From positions 352,001-416,000 of the forward strand of contig CAVVCZ010000004.1 in NCBI GenBank assembly GCA_963746845.1: a stretch of DNA of 64,000 nt. Direction: 5' to 3'. The position numbers and the translations under genes were made by a program. Below are positions 1 through 8,004 of the stretch, piece after piece (the stretch's first letter is position 1; each line of letters opens with the position of its first letter). The notes under the pieces were generated by a model that was not told where the DNA came from, searched no databases, and saw nothing but the letters and a program-made list of their open reading frames with translations. Source of the DNA: an uncultured Chloroflexia bacterium. Lineage in GTDB: Bacteria > Chloroflexota > Limnocylindria > Limnocylindrales > CSP1-4.

Positions 1-2
1 AC

Positions 3-209
3 GCGGGTCGTCTCAAGGTCGTCAAGGTCAACGTCGACGACAACCAGGGTCTCGCCCGCCGGTTCGACGCATCGAGCATCCCGACGATGGTGGTGCTCCG
101 CGATGGCGCCGTGGTCGATCGGGTCGTCGGGGCGCTGCCGAAGCCACAGCTCCAGGCGCAGATCGCGCGCCATGTGAAGCCCCCGAAGACGACCGAGCCA
201 GTCCAGTGA
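3..209 (+). CDS. trxA: thioredoxin, C-terminal part (5' end outside the window)
   Basis: Manual translation GRLKVVKVNVDDNQGLARRFDASSIPTMVVLRDGAVVDRVVGALPK; the SIPT cis-Pro loop and VGA motif are typical of thioredoxin; TGA at 207-209. Confidence 0.85.
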   Translation, partial: AGRLKVVKVNVDDNQGLARRFDASSIPTMVVLRDGAVVDRVVGALPKPQLQAQIARHVKPPKTTEPVQ

Positions 210-233
210 AGGCCGAGAAGTGCTACTCGGCCT
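210..233. other. perfect 8-bp inverted repeat with 8-bp spacer (AGGCCGAG-AAGTGCTA-CTCGGCCT); terminator-like hairpin or array boundary site
   Basis: Seen directly after the trxA stop; contains TGCTACTCGGCC, similar to the right flank of the array repeats. Confidence 0.5.
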
Positions 234-338
234 ACCCCGGCGACCAGTAGACCAGCGGTCAGATGGGCGGCCAGTGCTCCTTCGGACCCAGACGCAGTCG
301 GGTTCTACCGGGACCACCGGGCGAACTAGACTCCGGGC

Positions 339-637
339 GTGCGACAAGCCCGACTGGCGCTGTTCGTCGGGGTCGTCGGCCTCCTTGCCTGGCCCCTGTC
401 CTACGCATGGATCCCGAATGCCGGACACAACCCGGAATGGATCGGGGTTGTAGTCCCCGTGGCCGAGTGGGGAGCGGTCGCGTGTGCGGTCATCGCGATC
501 TGGCTCGGGATCAGGTCACGGCGAGCCGGCGTGACATCGCTCGCAGCCGTCTGGGCACCCGCGTCGGCCTCCTGACGCTCGGTCTGATGGCCATCGCCGC
601 CTTCGGGATCGCGCCTGCCCTGCATCGAGAAGGTTGA
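339..637 (+). pseudogene. small membrane protein with about 3 TM segments, split by a frameshift near 560
   Basis: ORF 339-575 (two hydrophobic segments) continues in another frame as RVGLLTLGLMAIAAFGIAPALHREG to TGA 637; TAGACT -10 box at 327-332, 6 nt before the GTG. Confidence 0.6.
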
Positions 638-875
638 CCATGCGCTAGAGCCGCTGGGCGAGCATCCACGCCCCAGCCGGCCTCCCAACCGCTCGTCGTC
701 CTCGAGGCCGTCCCGGGCCGCCTGAAGCTCCCACTGGGCGATCAGGCGCTCCGCTTGATCCGGTAGCTCGCCCCCGCCGATAGCCGTTGGAGCGTCGCCG
801 CCCGCTTGAAGCCGCCTGCCGCACGACGTCGGTGAGGCCATGGCGGCGGTAGGCCGGTAGACTCCGGGGCCTGCC

Positions 876-2060
876 GTGTCGACGCCATCGCACTCCCGAC
901 TCAAGACCCCCGAGGACATCGATCGCGTCGCGGGCATGGCCGATCCCGTGATCCGCAACCTCCAGATCACCCAGGCCTATCACGATCTCTCGGACGCGGC
1001 GGCGGCGCTCCTCGGGCCCGTCGCCAACTGGTGCACGTACGCGACGTGGGCGTCGAAGCAGGCCGGACGCACGATCCGCAAGGAGGACATCCAACGCGCG
1101 CTGGAGGCGGCGTTTCGAACCTCACCGGCCGCGATGGGCGCCTCGAGCGAGGTCATGACGGAGGCAAGCCGATTCGGCGCGGACATCTCTGTCAGCGACT
1201 CGCTCCGGTCTGTTTGGGAGGTCATCGATCCTGCGGCCGCACTGGATCAGGCCAGCGCCGCGGTTGCCCGTGGCAACCTCCGCGTGTTCGAGGAGATCGG
1301 CCGCGAGTTCGCGCGCTTCGACGTCGAGTGCGGCGGGGATGCGGCCGTCGACCCGGACACCCTCGCCCGGTTCGTGGAGGGTCTTGTGCCGGGCGAACCG
1401 CCCGAAGGACAGCGCTACCTGCGCCAGGCCTTCTCCCATTACCACCAGGCGCGCTTCGAGGTCAACCCGATGACGCGCGCCCAGCTCGTCCTGCTCGCCA
1501 ACCTGGAGATCGGTTTCCACGAGCAGACCCGTCTCCAGCCGGAGATTGCGGCTGCGCTCAACGCCGCCGTCGTGGATCCACGCGACAGGCGGGAGCGCGT
1601 CGTCGCGGCCTTGTTCCCGGATGCCGGCTGGATCGTTCGGTCGCGTGTCTTGATCGCCCGGCTGCGCGGGCGACGCACGCTGCTCGATCTCGCCATCGAC
1701 GCGCTGGTCCTCGAAGAGCAAGCGCTCGTACGCCGCGTCCTGACTCGTCACTTCATGTCCATCGACCTCGGGGCCGCCCTCCACCTCAGGCTCGGCGAGG
1801 ACCTCGGCGCGGACTTCCCGCCGTCACTTCGGGAGATCGTCCTGCCCGAGCTCCGCCAGCTTCTCGATCGGATCGATCCGACGCGTGATGACCCGCGGGA
1901 ATCCGGTGCCGTGGACTGGGCCGATCTCGATGATCGGGTGCATTTCATCGCCGAGATGTTCCGGTGCTTCCAGGAATCACCGTTCCTGTTCGACCCGCCA
2001 TTTACGCCGGCACAGCTGCTACTGCTCGACGCCGGCGAACGACCGCCAGATCCGCTCTGA
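876..2060 (+). CDS. hypothetical protein (394 aa)
   Basis: Long ORF with GC3-biased codons and globular composition (RNLQITQAYH, ANWCTYATWASKQAG); TAGACT at 858-863. Confidence 0.8.
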   Translation: MSTPSHSRLKTPEDIDRVAGMADPVIRNLQITQAYHDLSDAAAALLGPVANWCTYATWASKQAGRTIRKEDIQRALEAAFRTSPAAMGASSEVMTEASRFGADISVSDSLRSVWEVIDPAAALDQASAAVARGNLRVFEEIGREFARFDVECGGDAAVDPDTLARFVEGLVPGEPPEGQRYLRQAFSHYHQARFEVNPMTRAQLVLLANLEIGFHEQTRLQPEIAAALNAAVVDPRDRRERVVAALFPDAGWIVRSRVLIARLRGRRTLLDLAIDALVLEEQALVRRVLTRHFMSIDLGAALHLRLGEDLGADFPPSLREIVLPELRQLLDRIDPTRDDPRESGAVDWADLDDRVHFIAEMFRCFQESPFLFDPPFTPAQLLLLDAGERPPDPL

Positions 2061-2152
2061 TGCCACGGCGGCTGACGGGTCGAGGAGCGGCCACCTCGGC
2101 GGTCCCGGGCCCGCGGGAAACGCGCCGCTACCGTGGCCGCCTGGTTCGGCCC

Positions 2153-2174
2153 GATAGACCTTTCCCTTGCATTG
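2153..2174 (+). repeat. cassette-boundary repeat copy 1 (GATAGACCTTTCCCTTGCATTG)
   Basis: One of six direct copies of GMTRRACCYTTMCCTTGCAYTG. Confidence 0.95.
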
Positions 2175-2496
2175 CTACACGGCCGTCGCACATCGACGGA
2201 ACCGACCCGCGGGGCTGGTGACGACACCACAGACCATGCACAGCTTCACCCGCCAATCGTCCGCAGGGTTGCTGGCGCGGTCTATTCGCTCGCGGTGCTA
2301 CGCCCCTGGAGCCATACTCGATGGCTCCACTACGGGCGGCGGTGAGGATCCGACGTGCTCGACCAGCGGCGGTCGTTCTGGGCGCGGTGCTCTCGCGCTT
2401 GCTGACGGACGCATGACTCGGATCACTCCGAGCAGACGGGCGGCATGGAGCCGGGGTCCGCATGAACAGCGTGATGCCGGACGCAAGGAGGCTGCG

Positions 2497-3189
2497 ATGA
2501 GGCTGTTCGAGCTTGCCTACGCGTGCCGGGTCTATGGCCACATGACCGATTACGACAACGCTCTAGTGCAATTCCGCAAGGTTGCACAGCCACAGCTCGA
2601 CCCATCTCGTCCGGAGCAACAGGTGGCGCTATTCCGCTGGCTCAACGAGTGGGGGTGTCGGCAGTTCGCGAAGCAGCATCACGCGACCGTCGCCGCAGTC
2701 TCGCTCGTGCGATGGGCAGATCGGTGGCTCGGCTCGTTGCCCGGACCTGACGCTCGACTCGAAGAACTCGGTCCAGCGGAGCTCAAGCGGGCGGCCGATG
2801 CATACGGTGCGCTCCAATCTCAGATAGCAAGCCACCGAGGTGCGAGCTCGACACCCGTCAGGTTCGGAGCTACCGGCGCGGCGAAGACCCTGTTTGCGTT
2901 GCGACCGAACGTCTTCGCACCCTGGGACGATCCCATCCGCGTCAGATTGCACCTCGACGGCGGGCGATCCAGCTTCGCCACCTACTTGGCGGTAGTAGCT
3001 GACCACCTGCGCGCGCTGTCAGCGGAGGCGGGCGTGCCTGTCGCGGACCTGCCGGCCCTCGTTCGGCGCCCGGGATCGACACCGCCGAAGCTCATCGATG
3101 AGTACAACTGGGTCGTGATCACGAGGAACAGCCGTCCCCCTTCGCGTGCGGAGTTGGCGCAATGGCTGCAATGGGCAGACCTGCCCTAG
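2497..3189 (+). CDS. hypothetical protein (230 aa), possibly an alpha-helical DNA glycosylase-like fold
   Basis: AAGGAG SD before ATG 2497; motifs FGATGAAKTLFALRP-x4-PWDDPIR and KLIDEYNW. Confidence 0.75.
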   Translation: MRLFELAYACRVYGHMTDYDNALVQFRKVAQPQLDPSRPEQQVALFRWLNEWGCRQFAKQHHATVAAVSLVRWADRWLGSLPGPDARLEELGPAELKRAADAYGALQSQIASHRGASSTPVRFGATGAAKTLFALRPNVFAPWDDPIRVRLHLDGGRSSFATYLAVVADHLRALSAEAGVPVADLPALVRRPGSTPPKLIDEYNWVVITRNSRPPSRAELAQWLQWADLP

Positions 3190-3274
3190 CCATTCCAGGC
3201 TGGCTACCAGCCGCCTCGCGGATGTGCACCGGGTTCAACTAGCCCGCGACTTGGCGCCCCTCGTTCCCGCACTC

Positions 3275-3296
3275 GATGAACCTTTCCCTTGCATTG
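3275..3296 (+). repeat. cassette-boundary repeat copy 2 (GATGAACCTTTCCCTTGCATTG)
   Basis: Direct repeat. Confidence 0.95.
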
Positions 3297-3440
3297 GTTC
3301 TTCGCCGTTCCCGGAGATGGACCAACAGGCGCCATCCGGCCGGAATGGTCTCGATCGCGGACAGATGGGTCGTGGCACCGGGACCAGTCGAGCCATGGCT
3401 AGGCACGGGGCCCACGTCCCGTCGCTACAGTTGGATGGCG

Positions 3441-4253
3441 ATGGCCAAGAAGACGCCCCAGGAAGAAATGCGCGAGTTCCTGACCGGGCAGTCACCGGAG
3501 CGGGCCGCGATGCGCCGTTTCTTCAGCCGCCTGCCCAGCGGGCCGAACTGCAAGATTTGCGCTGCGCCGTTCGCGGGACCAGGTGGGGCGGTCCTTGGAC
3601 ATGTGGGCTTTGGTCGCTTCGCCGGTAACCCCACGATCTGCAACTTCTGCATCACGGATCTGCAGCGTAAGGGAGTCCAGGGCGCGGAGATTCCGGTGAG
3701 CCTGCTGTTTGCCGACATCCGTGGCTCGACTGCCATCGGCGAGCGCCTATCTCCGACTGAGTTCCGGGCTTTTCTCGACCATTTCTATCGGATCTCGTCG
3801 AAGGCCGTGGTGGGCAGCAACGGCATCGTCGACAAGTTCGTCGGTGACGAGGTCATCGGCCTGTTCTTCCGTGGCATCAGCGGCGATGACCATGCGGCTG
3901 CGGCCATCAGGGCGGGACGGACGCTGCTCTTGCGGGCGGGACGCGCGGATGTCACGCCGACCGGCCCGATCCCCATTGGCGCTGGCGTCCATACAGGGGT
4001 CGCCTTCGTGGGCTCGACGGCGACGGACGGCGTCGTGAAAGACTTCACGGCACTCGGGGACGTGGTCAACACGACGGCGCGGCTCGCGGGCCATGCCGCA
4101 AGCGGTCAGCTCCTCGTCTCGGTCGAGGCTGCCATGGCGGCCGGCATGGACACTACGGTCCTCGACCGTCGCACGGTCGAAGTTCGCGGCCGCACCGAAC
4201 CCGTCGAGGTCGTCTCCTTGACGATCACGGGCGAGCCGATCGCGGCGAGCTGA
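3441..4253 (+). CDS. class III adenylate/guanylate cyclase with N-terminal CxxC...CxxC putative Zn-binding domain
   Basis: LLFADIRGST, DKFVGDEV, GVHTG and FTALGDVVNTTARL motifs; CKIC and CNFC; alternative in-frame ATG at 3435. Confidence 0.9.
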   Translation: MAKKTPQEEMREFLTGQSPERAAMRRFFSRLPSGPNCKICAAPFAGPGGAVLGHVGFGRFAGNPTICNFCITDLQRKGVQGAEIPVSLLFADIRGSTAIGERLSPTEFRAFLDHFYRISSKAVVGSNGIVDKFVGDEVIGLFFRGISGDDHAAAAIRAGRTLLLRAGRADVTPTGPIPIGAGVHTGVAFVGSTATDGVVKDFTALGDVVNTTARLAGHAASGQLLVSVEAAMAAGMDTTVLDRRTVEVRGRTEPVEVVSLTITGEPIAAS

Positions 4254-4363
4254 TCGTCAGCGTGGCGGGAAGTACCTGAGCATCAGGATCGTCGCTATTC
4301 GTCTTCCTGATGGTGATGAAGCTGGGAGCCTCACCGACGCCACCAGACGCGGCCCTCCGCCCG

Positions 4364-4385
4364 GATAAACCCTTCCCTTGCATTG
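4364..4385 (+). repeat. cassette-boundary repeat copy 3 (GATAAACCCTTCCCTTGCATTG)
   Basis: Direct repeat. Confidence 0.95.
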
Positions 4386-4492
4386 CTACATGGCCTTCGC
4401 AGCGGCTAGCGATTCGGGGACCTGACTTGAACGCGCGTCCGGCCGAGGTCGCCGAGTGGTGATCGCTGTCTGTCCATGGCTATGCTGGGGAC

Positions 4493-5119
4493 GTGGTGCG
4501 TGACGGCTACTGGCAGAACGTCTACCTGACGCGGCCGCCTGCTGAGGTCGGCTGGTACGAGCCGGACCCGGTTGTATCCCGGCGTCTGGTCGCGGAGGCC
4601 GTTCGCGGTGGGGCTCAGAGCGTCCTCGACGTCGGCGGGGGAGCCTCGTCCCTGGTAGACCATCTGCTCGACCTCGACATCCCACGCATCGCCGTGCTTG
4701 ACGTGTCCGACGCCGGGATGGACGTGTCGAGGCGCCGCCTTGGCAGTCGCGCGAGTCGAGTCGAATGGATTGTCGGTGACGTGACGAGCGTGAGCGACGT
4801 GGGTCAGTTCGACATCTGGCACGACCGTGCCGTCTTTCACTTCCTGGTCGAGCCTGAGGACCGCGCGGCCTACGTCCGTCTTGCGCAAAGGACGCTCGGC
4901 CACGGAGGAACCCTGTTCGTCGCGACCTTCGCCCCAGATGGCCCAGAGCGATGCAGTGGGCTACCAGTCTGCCGGTACGACGGCGACCTCCTCGCGCAAA
5001 CCCTGGGACCAGCCTTCCGACTCGACGCCACCGAGCGGTACACCCACACGACGCCGGGTGGCGTCGCCCAGGCCTTCGTTTACGCGGCCTTCGCACGCGT
5101 CGGCAACGTCCTCGACTAG
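4493..5119 (+). CDS. class I SAM-dependent methyltransferase
   Basis: VLDVGGGAS motif I and WHDRAVFHFL; TATGCT -10 box 6 nt before the GTG. Confidence 0.9.
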   Translation: MVRDGYWQNVYLTRPPAEVGWYEPDPVVSRRLVAEAVRGGAQSVLDVGGGASSLVDHLLDLDIPRIAVLDVSDAGMDVSRRRLGSRASRVEWIVGDVTSVSDVGQFDIWHDRAVFHFLVEPEDRAAYVRLAQRTLGHGGTLFVATFAPDGPERCSGLPVCRYDGDLLAQTLGPAFRLDATERYTHTTPGGVAQAFVYAAFARVGNVLD

Positions 5120-5146
5120 ACCAACGGCAACGGCGGCGACCGAACC

Positions 5147-5168
5147 GCTGAACCTTTCCCTTGCATTG
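5147..5168 (+). repeat. cassette-boundary repeat copy 4 (GCTGAACCTTTCCCTTGCATTG)
   Basis: Direct repeat. Confidence 0.95.
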
Positions 5169-5314
5169 GTTCTCGGCCTGCTCCCGTCCTGATCGCCTAG
5201 GGGATGTCGTCGGCCACGAGACGTTGTAATCTGCCGAGACTGCCCGTCTCGGTGCTGATCGCACCGGGCGGGCATTTCTGTATGAGAAGGAGCGACGGGC
5301 GGAGGGAGGCAACG

Positions 5315-6256
5315 GTGACCACGGAGAACGAGGCCCCAGGCAAGGTAGGCGTCGTGAACGTGGGAGGGGCGCACCTTCGGTATCGGATCGAGGGAAAAGG
5401 CCAGCCGTGCCTGGTGGTCGGCTCCAGCGTCTGCTACCCCCGAGTGTTCTCGCAGGACCTGCGCCGGCACCTGCAGCTGATCTTCGTCGACCTGCGGCAC
5501 TTCGTCGACCCGCGAGAACTTCCTTCGGCGGATCCGTCGTTCGATCTCAATCGAATCTCCCTCGACACCTATGCCGACGACATCGAGCAGGTCCGACAGG
5601 CACTCGGGCTTGGCGACGTGGTCGTGATCGGCCATTCCATCCACGCCACCCTCGCGCTGGAGTACGCCCGCCGCTATCCCGAGCATGTCCGAGGCGTGGT
5701 CCCCATTGGCGGGTTCGCTGGAACGGAAGGAGACGAAGCGGCGACCGACGCGCTCTGGGACGCCGCGTCCGACGAGCGGAAGGAGATCTTCGCTCGGAAC
5801 AAGGCCGAGCTGACGTCCGAGCTGCAGGCCAGCCTCTCGCCGTCAGAGTTCTTCGTCCGCCGGTACGTGGCCCTTGGGCCGTGGTACTGGTACGACCCCA
5901 CGACCGATGCTTCCTGGCTATGGGAGGACGTCGTGCCGGACATGCCTGTCTTCACTCGACTGGGGGAGCTGCTCAACCCGTACGACCTGGCCCAGGGGCC
6001 AGGCGAGATCAGCGTGCCGGTGCTCATCGCCGACGGCAAGCATGACTTCGGCAATCCCTGGACGAACTGGGAAGCGCACGCGCACAAGCTCCCCCGCCAC
6101 ACCTTCGCGTTCTTCGAAAAGAGTGCGCACTTTCCGTCGCTCGAGGAGCCGGAGCTCTTCGACCGGACGCTGCTGGCGTGGATCGAGGATCTCGCTCCCG
6201 CTCCCCTGATCTCCGTCGGTTCGACTCTAGGTCGATCACCAGTCACCGAGAGCTAG
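5315..6256 (+). CDS. alpha/beta hydrolase (proline iminopeptidase-like)
   Basis: GHSIH nucleophile elbow, GKHD acid and SAHFP catalytic His; GGAGG SD before GTG 5315; its stop TAG lies inside repeat copy 5. Confidence 0.88.
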   Translation: MTTENEAPGKVGVVNVGGAHLRYRIEGKGQPCLVVGSSVCYPRVFSQDLRRHLQLIFVDLRHFVDPRELPSADPSFDLNRISLDTYADDIEQVRQALGLGDVVVIGHSIHATLALEYARRYPEHVRGVVPIGGFAGTEGDEAATDALWDAASDERKEIFARNKAELTSELQASLSPSEFFVRRYVALGPWYWYDPTTDASWLWEDVVPDMPVFTRLGELLNPYDLAQGPGEISVPVLIADGKHDFGNPWTNWEAHAHKLPRHTFAFFEKSAHFPSLEEPELFDRTLLAWIEDLAPAPLISVGSTLGRSPVTES

Positions 6257-6273
6257 ACCTTTACCTTGCACTG
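6252..6273 (+). repeat. cassette-boundary repeat copy 5 (GCTAGACCTTTACCTTGCACTG)
   Basis: Direct repeat; supplies the stop codon of the upstream gene. Confidence 0.93.
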
Positions 6274-6430
6274 CTGGTCGGGGTCCTCTGATCGCCCGTT
6301 GATGGCGTCGTATGAGGACTTTCGACCCCCCAATTCCGACCACCGGCCCGGCCTAGACTCGCGACGTGACGAAGCGAATCGCGGCCACTCCTGCGACTTC
6401 GTAACGCGGCAGCCGTAGGGGCGGATCGAC

Positions 6431-6547
6431 ATGCGCTTCATCCTCGCCTGGGTGTATCTGATCTACCTGTTCGCCAGGCAGCACCCGAAGACGTTCCTCG
6501 CGATCTGGGGATCGCTGATCGTGTTGGGCGCGATCACGAAACGCTGA
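6431..6547 (+). CDS. 38-aa small membrane protein MRFILAWVYLIYLFARQHPKTFLAIWGSLIVLGAITKR
   Basis: Manual translation (below the ORF-track size cutoff); AGGGG SD-like sequence upstream; two hydrophobic stretches; TGA lies inside repeat copy 6. Confidence 0.65.
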   Translation: MRFILAWVYLIYLFARQHPKTFLAIWGSLIVLGAITKR

Positions 6548-6564
6548 ACCCTTCCCTTGCACTG
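6543..6564 (+). repeat. cassette-boundary repeat copy 6 (GCTGAACCCTTCCCTTGCACTG)
   Basis: Direct repeat. Confidence 0.95.
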
Positions 6565-6697
6565 GTCGCAACCCGGTCCTGACGACATCGTCTGCTGATC
6601 ACGGAGCCGGCCCGCCCCACGACGCCGGGTAGACTGGTTGCATGCTCAACGAGTCACTTCGCGTCGACGACATCTGCGCTCCGACGCAGCCGGACCG

Positions 6698-7350
6698 ATG
6701 AAGGTCGAGATCTGGTCGGACGTCGTCTGCCCGTGGTGCTACATCGGCAAGCGCCGGTTCGAGCGGGCCCTCGCGGACTTCGACGGGGCCGCCGACATCG
6801 AGGTCCAGTGGCGGAGCTTCCAGCTCAATCCGGATCAGCCGCGCGGCGTCCGCGCCACCCACGATGAGTACCTCGCCGCGAAGATGGGGGCGAGCATCGA
6901 CCAGGTCCACCAGCTCAACGCCCGCGTCGTCGCGCTCGCCGCGGAGGAGGGCCTCGAGTACCACTTCGAGACCTACCAGGTGATCAACACCTTCGATGCG
7001 CACCGCGTGGCGCACCTGGCCCGGGCGAACGGTTTCGACGATCCGGCGCAGGAGCGGCTGCTGCGGGCCCAGCTCGTCGAGGGCGAGGTGCTCGACGACG
7101 CGGACACCCTCGCCCGACTCGGCGGCGAGATCGGCCTCGATCCGGCCGACGTCCGGCGGTCCTCGCGACGGATGAATTCGCCTCGGACGTGCGTCACGAT
7201 CTCGCAGAAGCGCGGGCGCTGGGCATCAACGGCGTGCCGTTCTTCGCCTTCGACCGGCGGTTCGGGGTGTCCGGCGCGCAGCCCGCCGAGATCTTCCTCG
7301 ACGCGTTGCGCATGGCCCGGGCCGAGGCCGGCGGCGCGACGCCGGTCTAA
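6698..7350 (+). CDS. DsbA/FrnE family oxidoreductase with a frameshift near 7160
   Basis: MKVEIWSDVVCPWCYIG; the C-terminus GINGVPFF...GVSGAQP is in a shifted frame ending at TAA 7350. Confidence 0.85.
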
Positions 7351-7440
7351 GGGTCCGATGCGTCCGCTTCGGCGACGAGCGATGAGTCCTGCGGCCTCCA
7401 GCGGTCGTATCGTCGAACCCATGACCGAGGAGGACGTCCG

Positions 7441-8004
7441 ATGCGCAGCGTGACCTATTCGATGGGCGTCTCGCTGGACGGCTACATCGTGGGGCCGGAC
7501 GGCAACATCACCTCGTGGGCGCCTGACGAGGAAGTCTGGCAATTCGTGCTGGACGAGATCCGCGGGGTCGACGTCCACCTGATGGGCCGCCGCCTGTACG
7601 AGACGATGCTGTACTGGGAGGACCCGGACCAGGAGTCCTCGTTCGACGCCTCGGAGCTCGCGTGGGTCGCGCTCTGGAGGCCGCTCCCGAAGGTGGTGTT
7701 CTCGACCACGCTGTCGGCGGTGGAGGGCACCGCCCGCCTGGCGTCCGGCGGCCTCGTTGAAGAGATCGAGCGGTTGCGGGCCGAGCCGGGCGAGGGCGAC
7801 ATCGCGATCGGCGGCGCGACGCTCGCCGCCGAGGCGGCGGCGCTGGACCTGATCGACGAGTTCCGGATCCGTGTCTACCCGGTGCTGGTCGGCGGCGGCA
7901 TCCCGTACTTCCCGCGGGCCGAGCGCCGGGTGGATCTCGAGCTCGTCGAGACCCGGACCTTCAGCTCGAAGGTCGTCTACCTCCGCTACCGCGTGCCGCG
8001 CTAG
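7441..8004 (+). CDS. dihydrofolate reductase/RibD C-terminal family protein
   Basis: SLDGYI, MGRRLYE, GGATLA and PVLVGGG motifs. Confidence 0.88.
   Translation: MRSVTYSMGVSLDGYIVGPDGNITSWAPDEEVWQFVLDEIRGVDVHLMGRRLYETMLYWEDPDQESSFDASELAWVALWRPLPKVVFSTTLSAVEGTARLASGGLVEEIERLRAEPGEGDIAIGGATLAAEAAALDLIDEFRIRVYPVLVGGGIPYFPRAERRVDLELVETRTFSSKVVYLRYRVPR

Noticed and set aside
3277-6550. ECF sigma -35 element (TGAACC) as the explanation of the repeat
   Set aside because: Only 3 of 6 copies have TGAACC, there is no consistent -10 box at 16-17 bp, the would-be spacer is the most conserved part, and the genes are unrelated. Disfavoured but not fully excluded.
2153-6564. CRISPR array interpretation of the six repeats
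   Set aside because: Spacers are 0.27-1.1 kb and contain whole genes; no cas genes are present.
2153-6564. Classical integron attC sites
   Set aside because: No RYYYAAC/GTTRRRY boxes, no long palindrome and no intI in the window.
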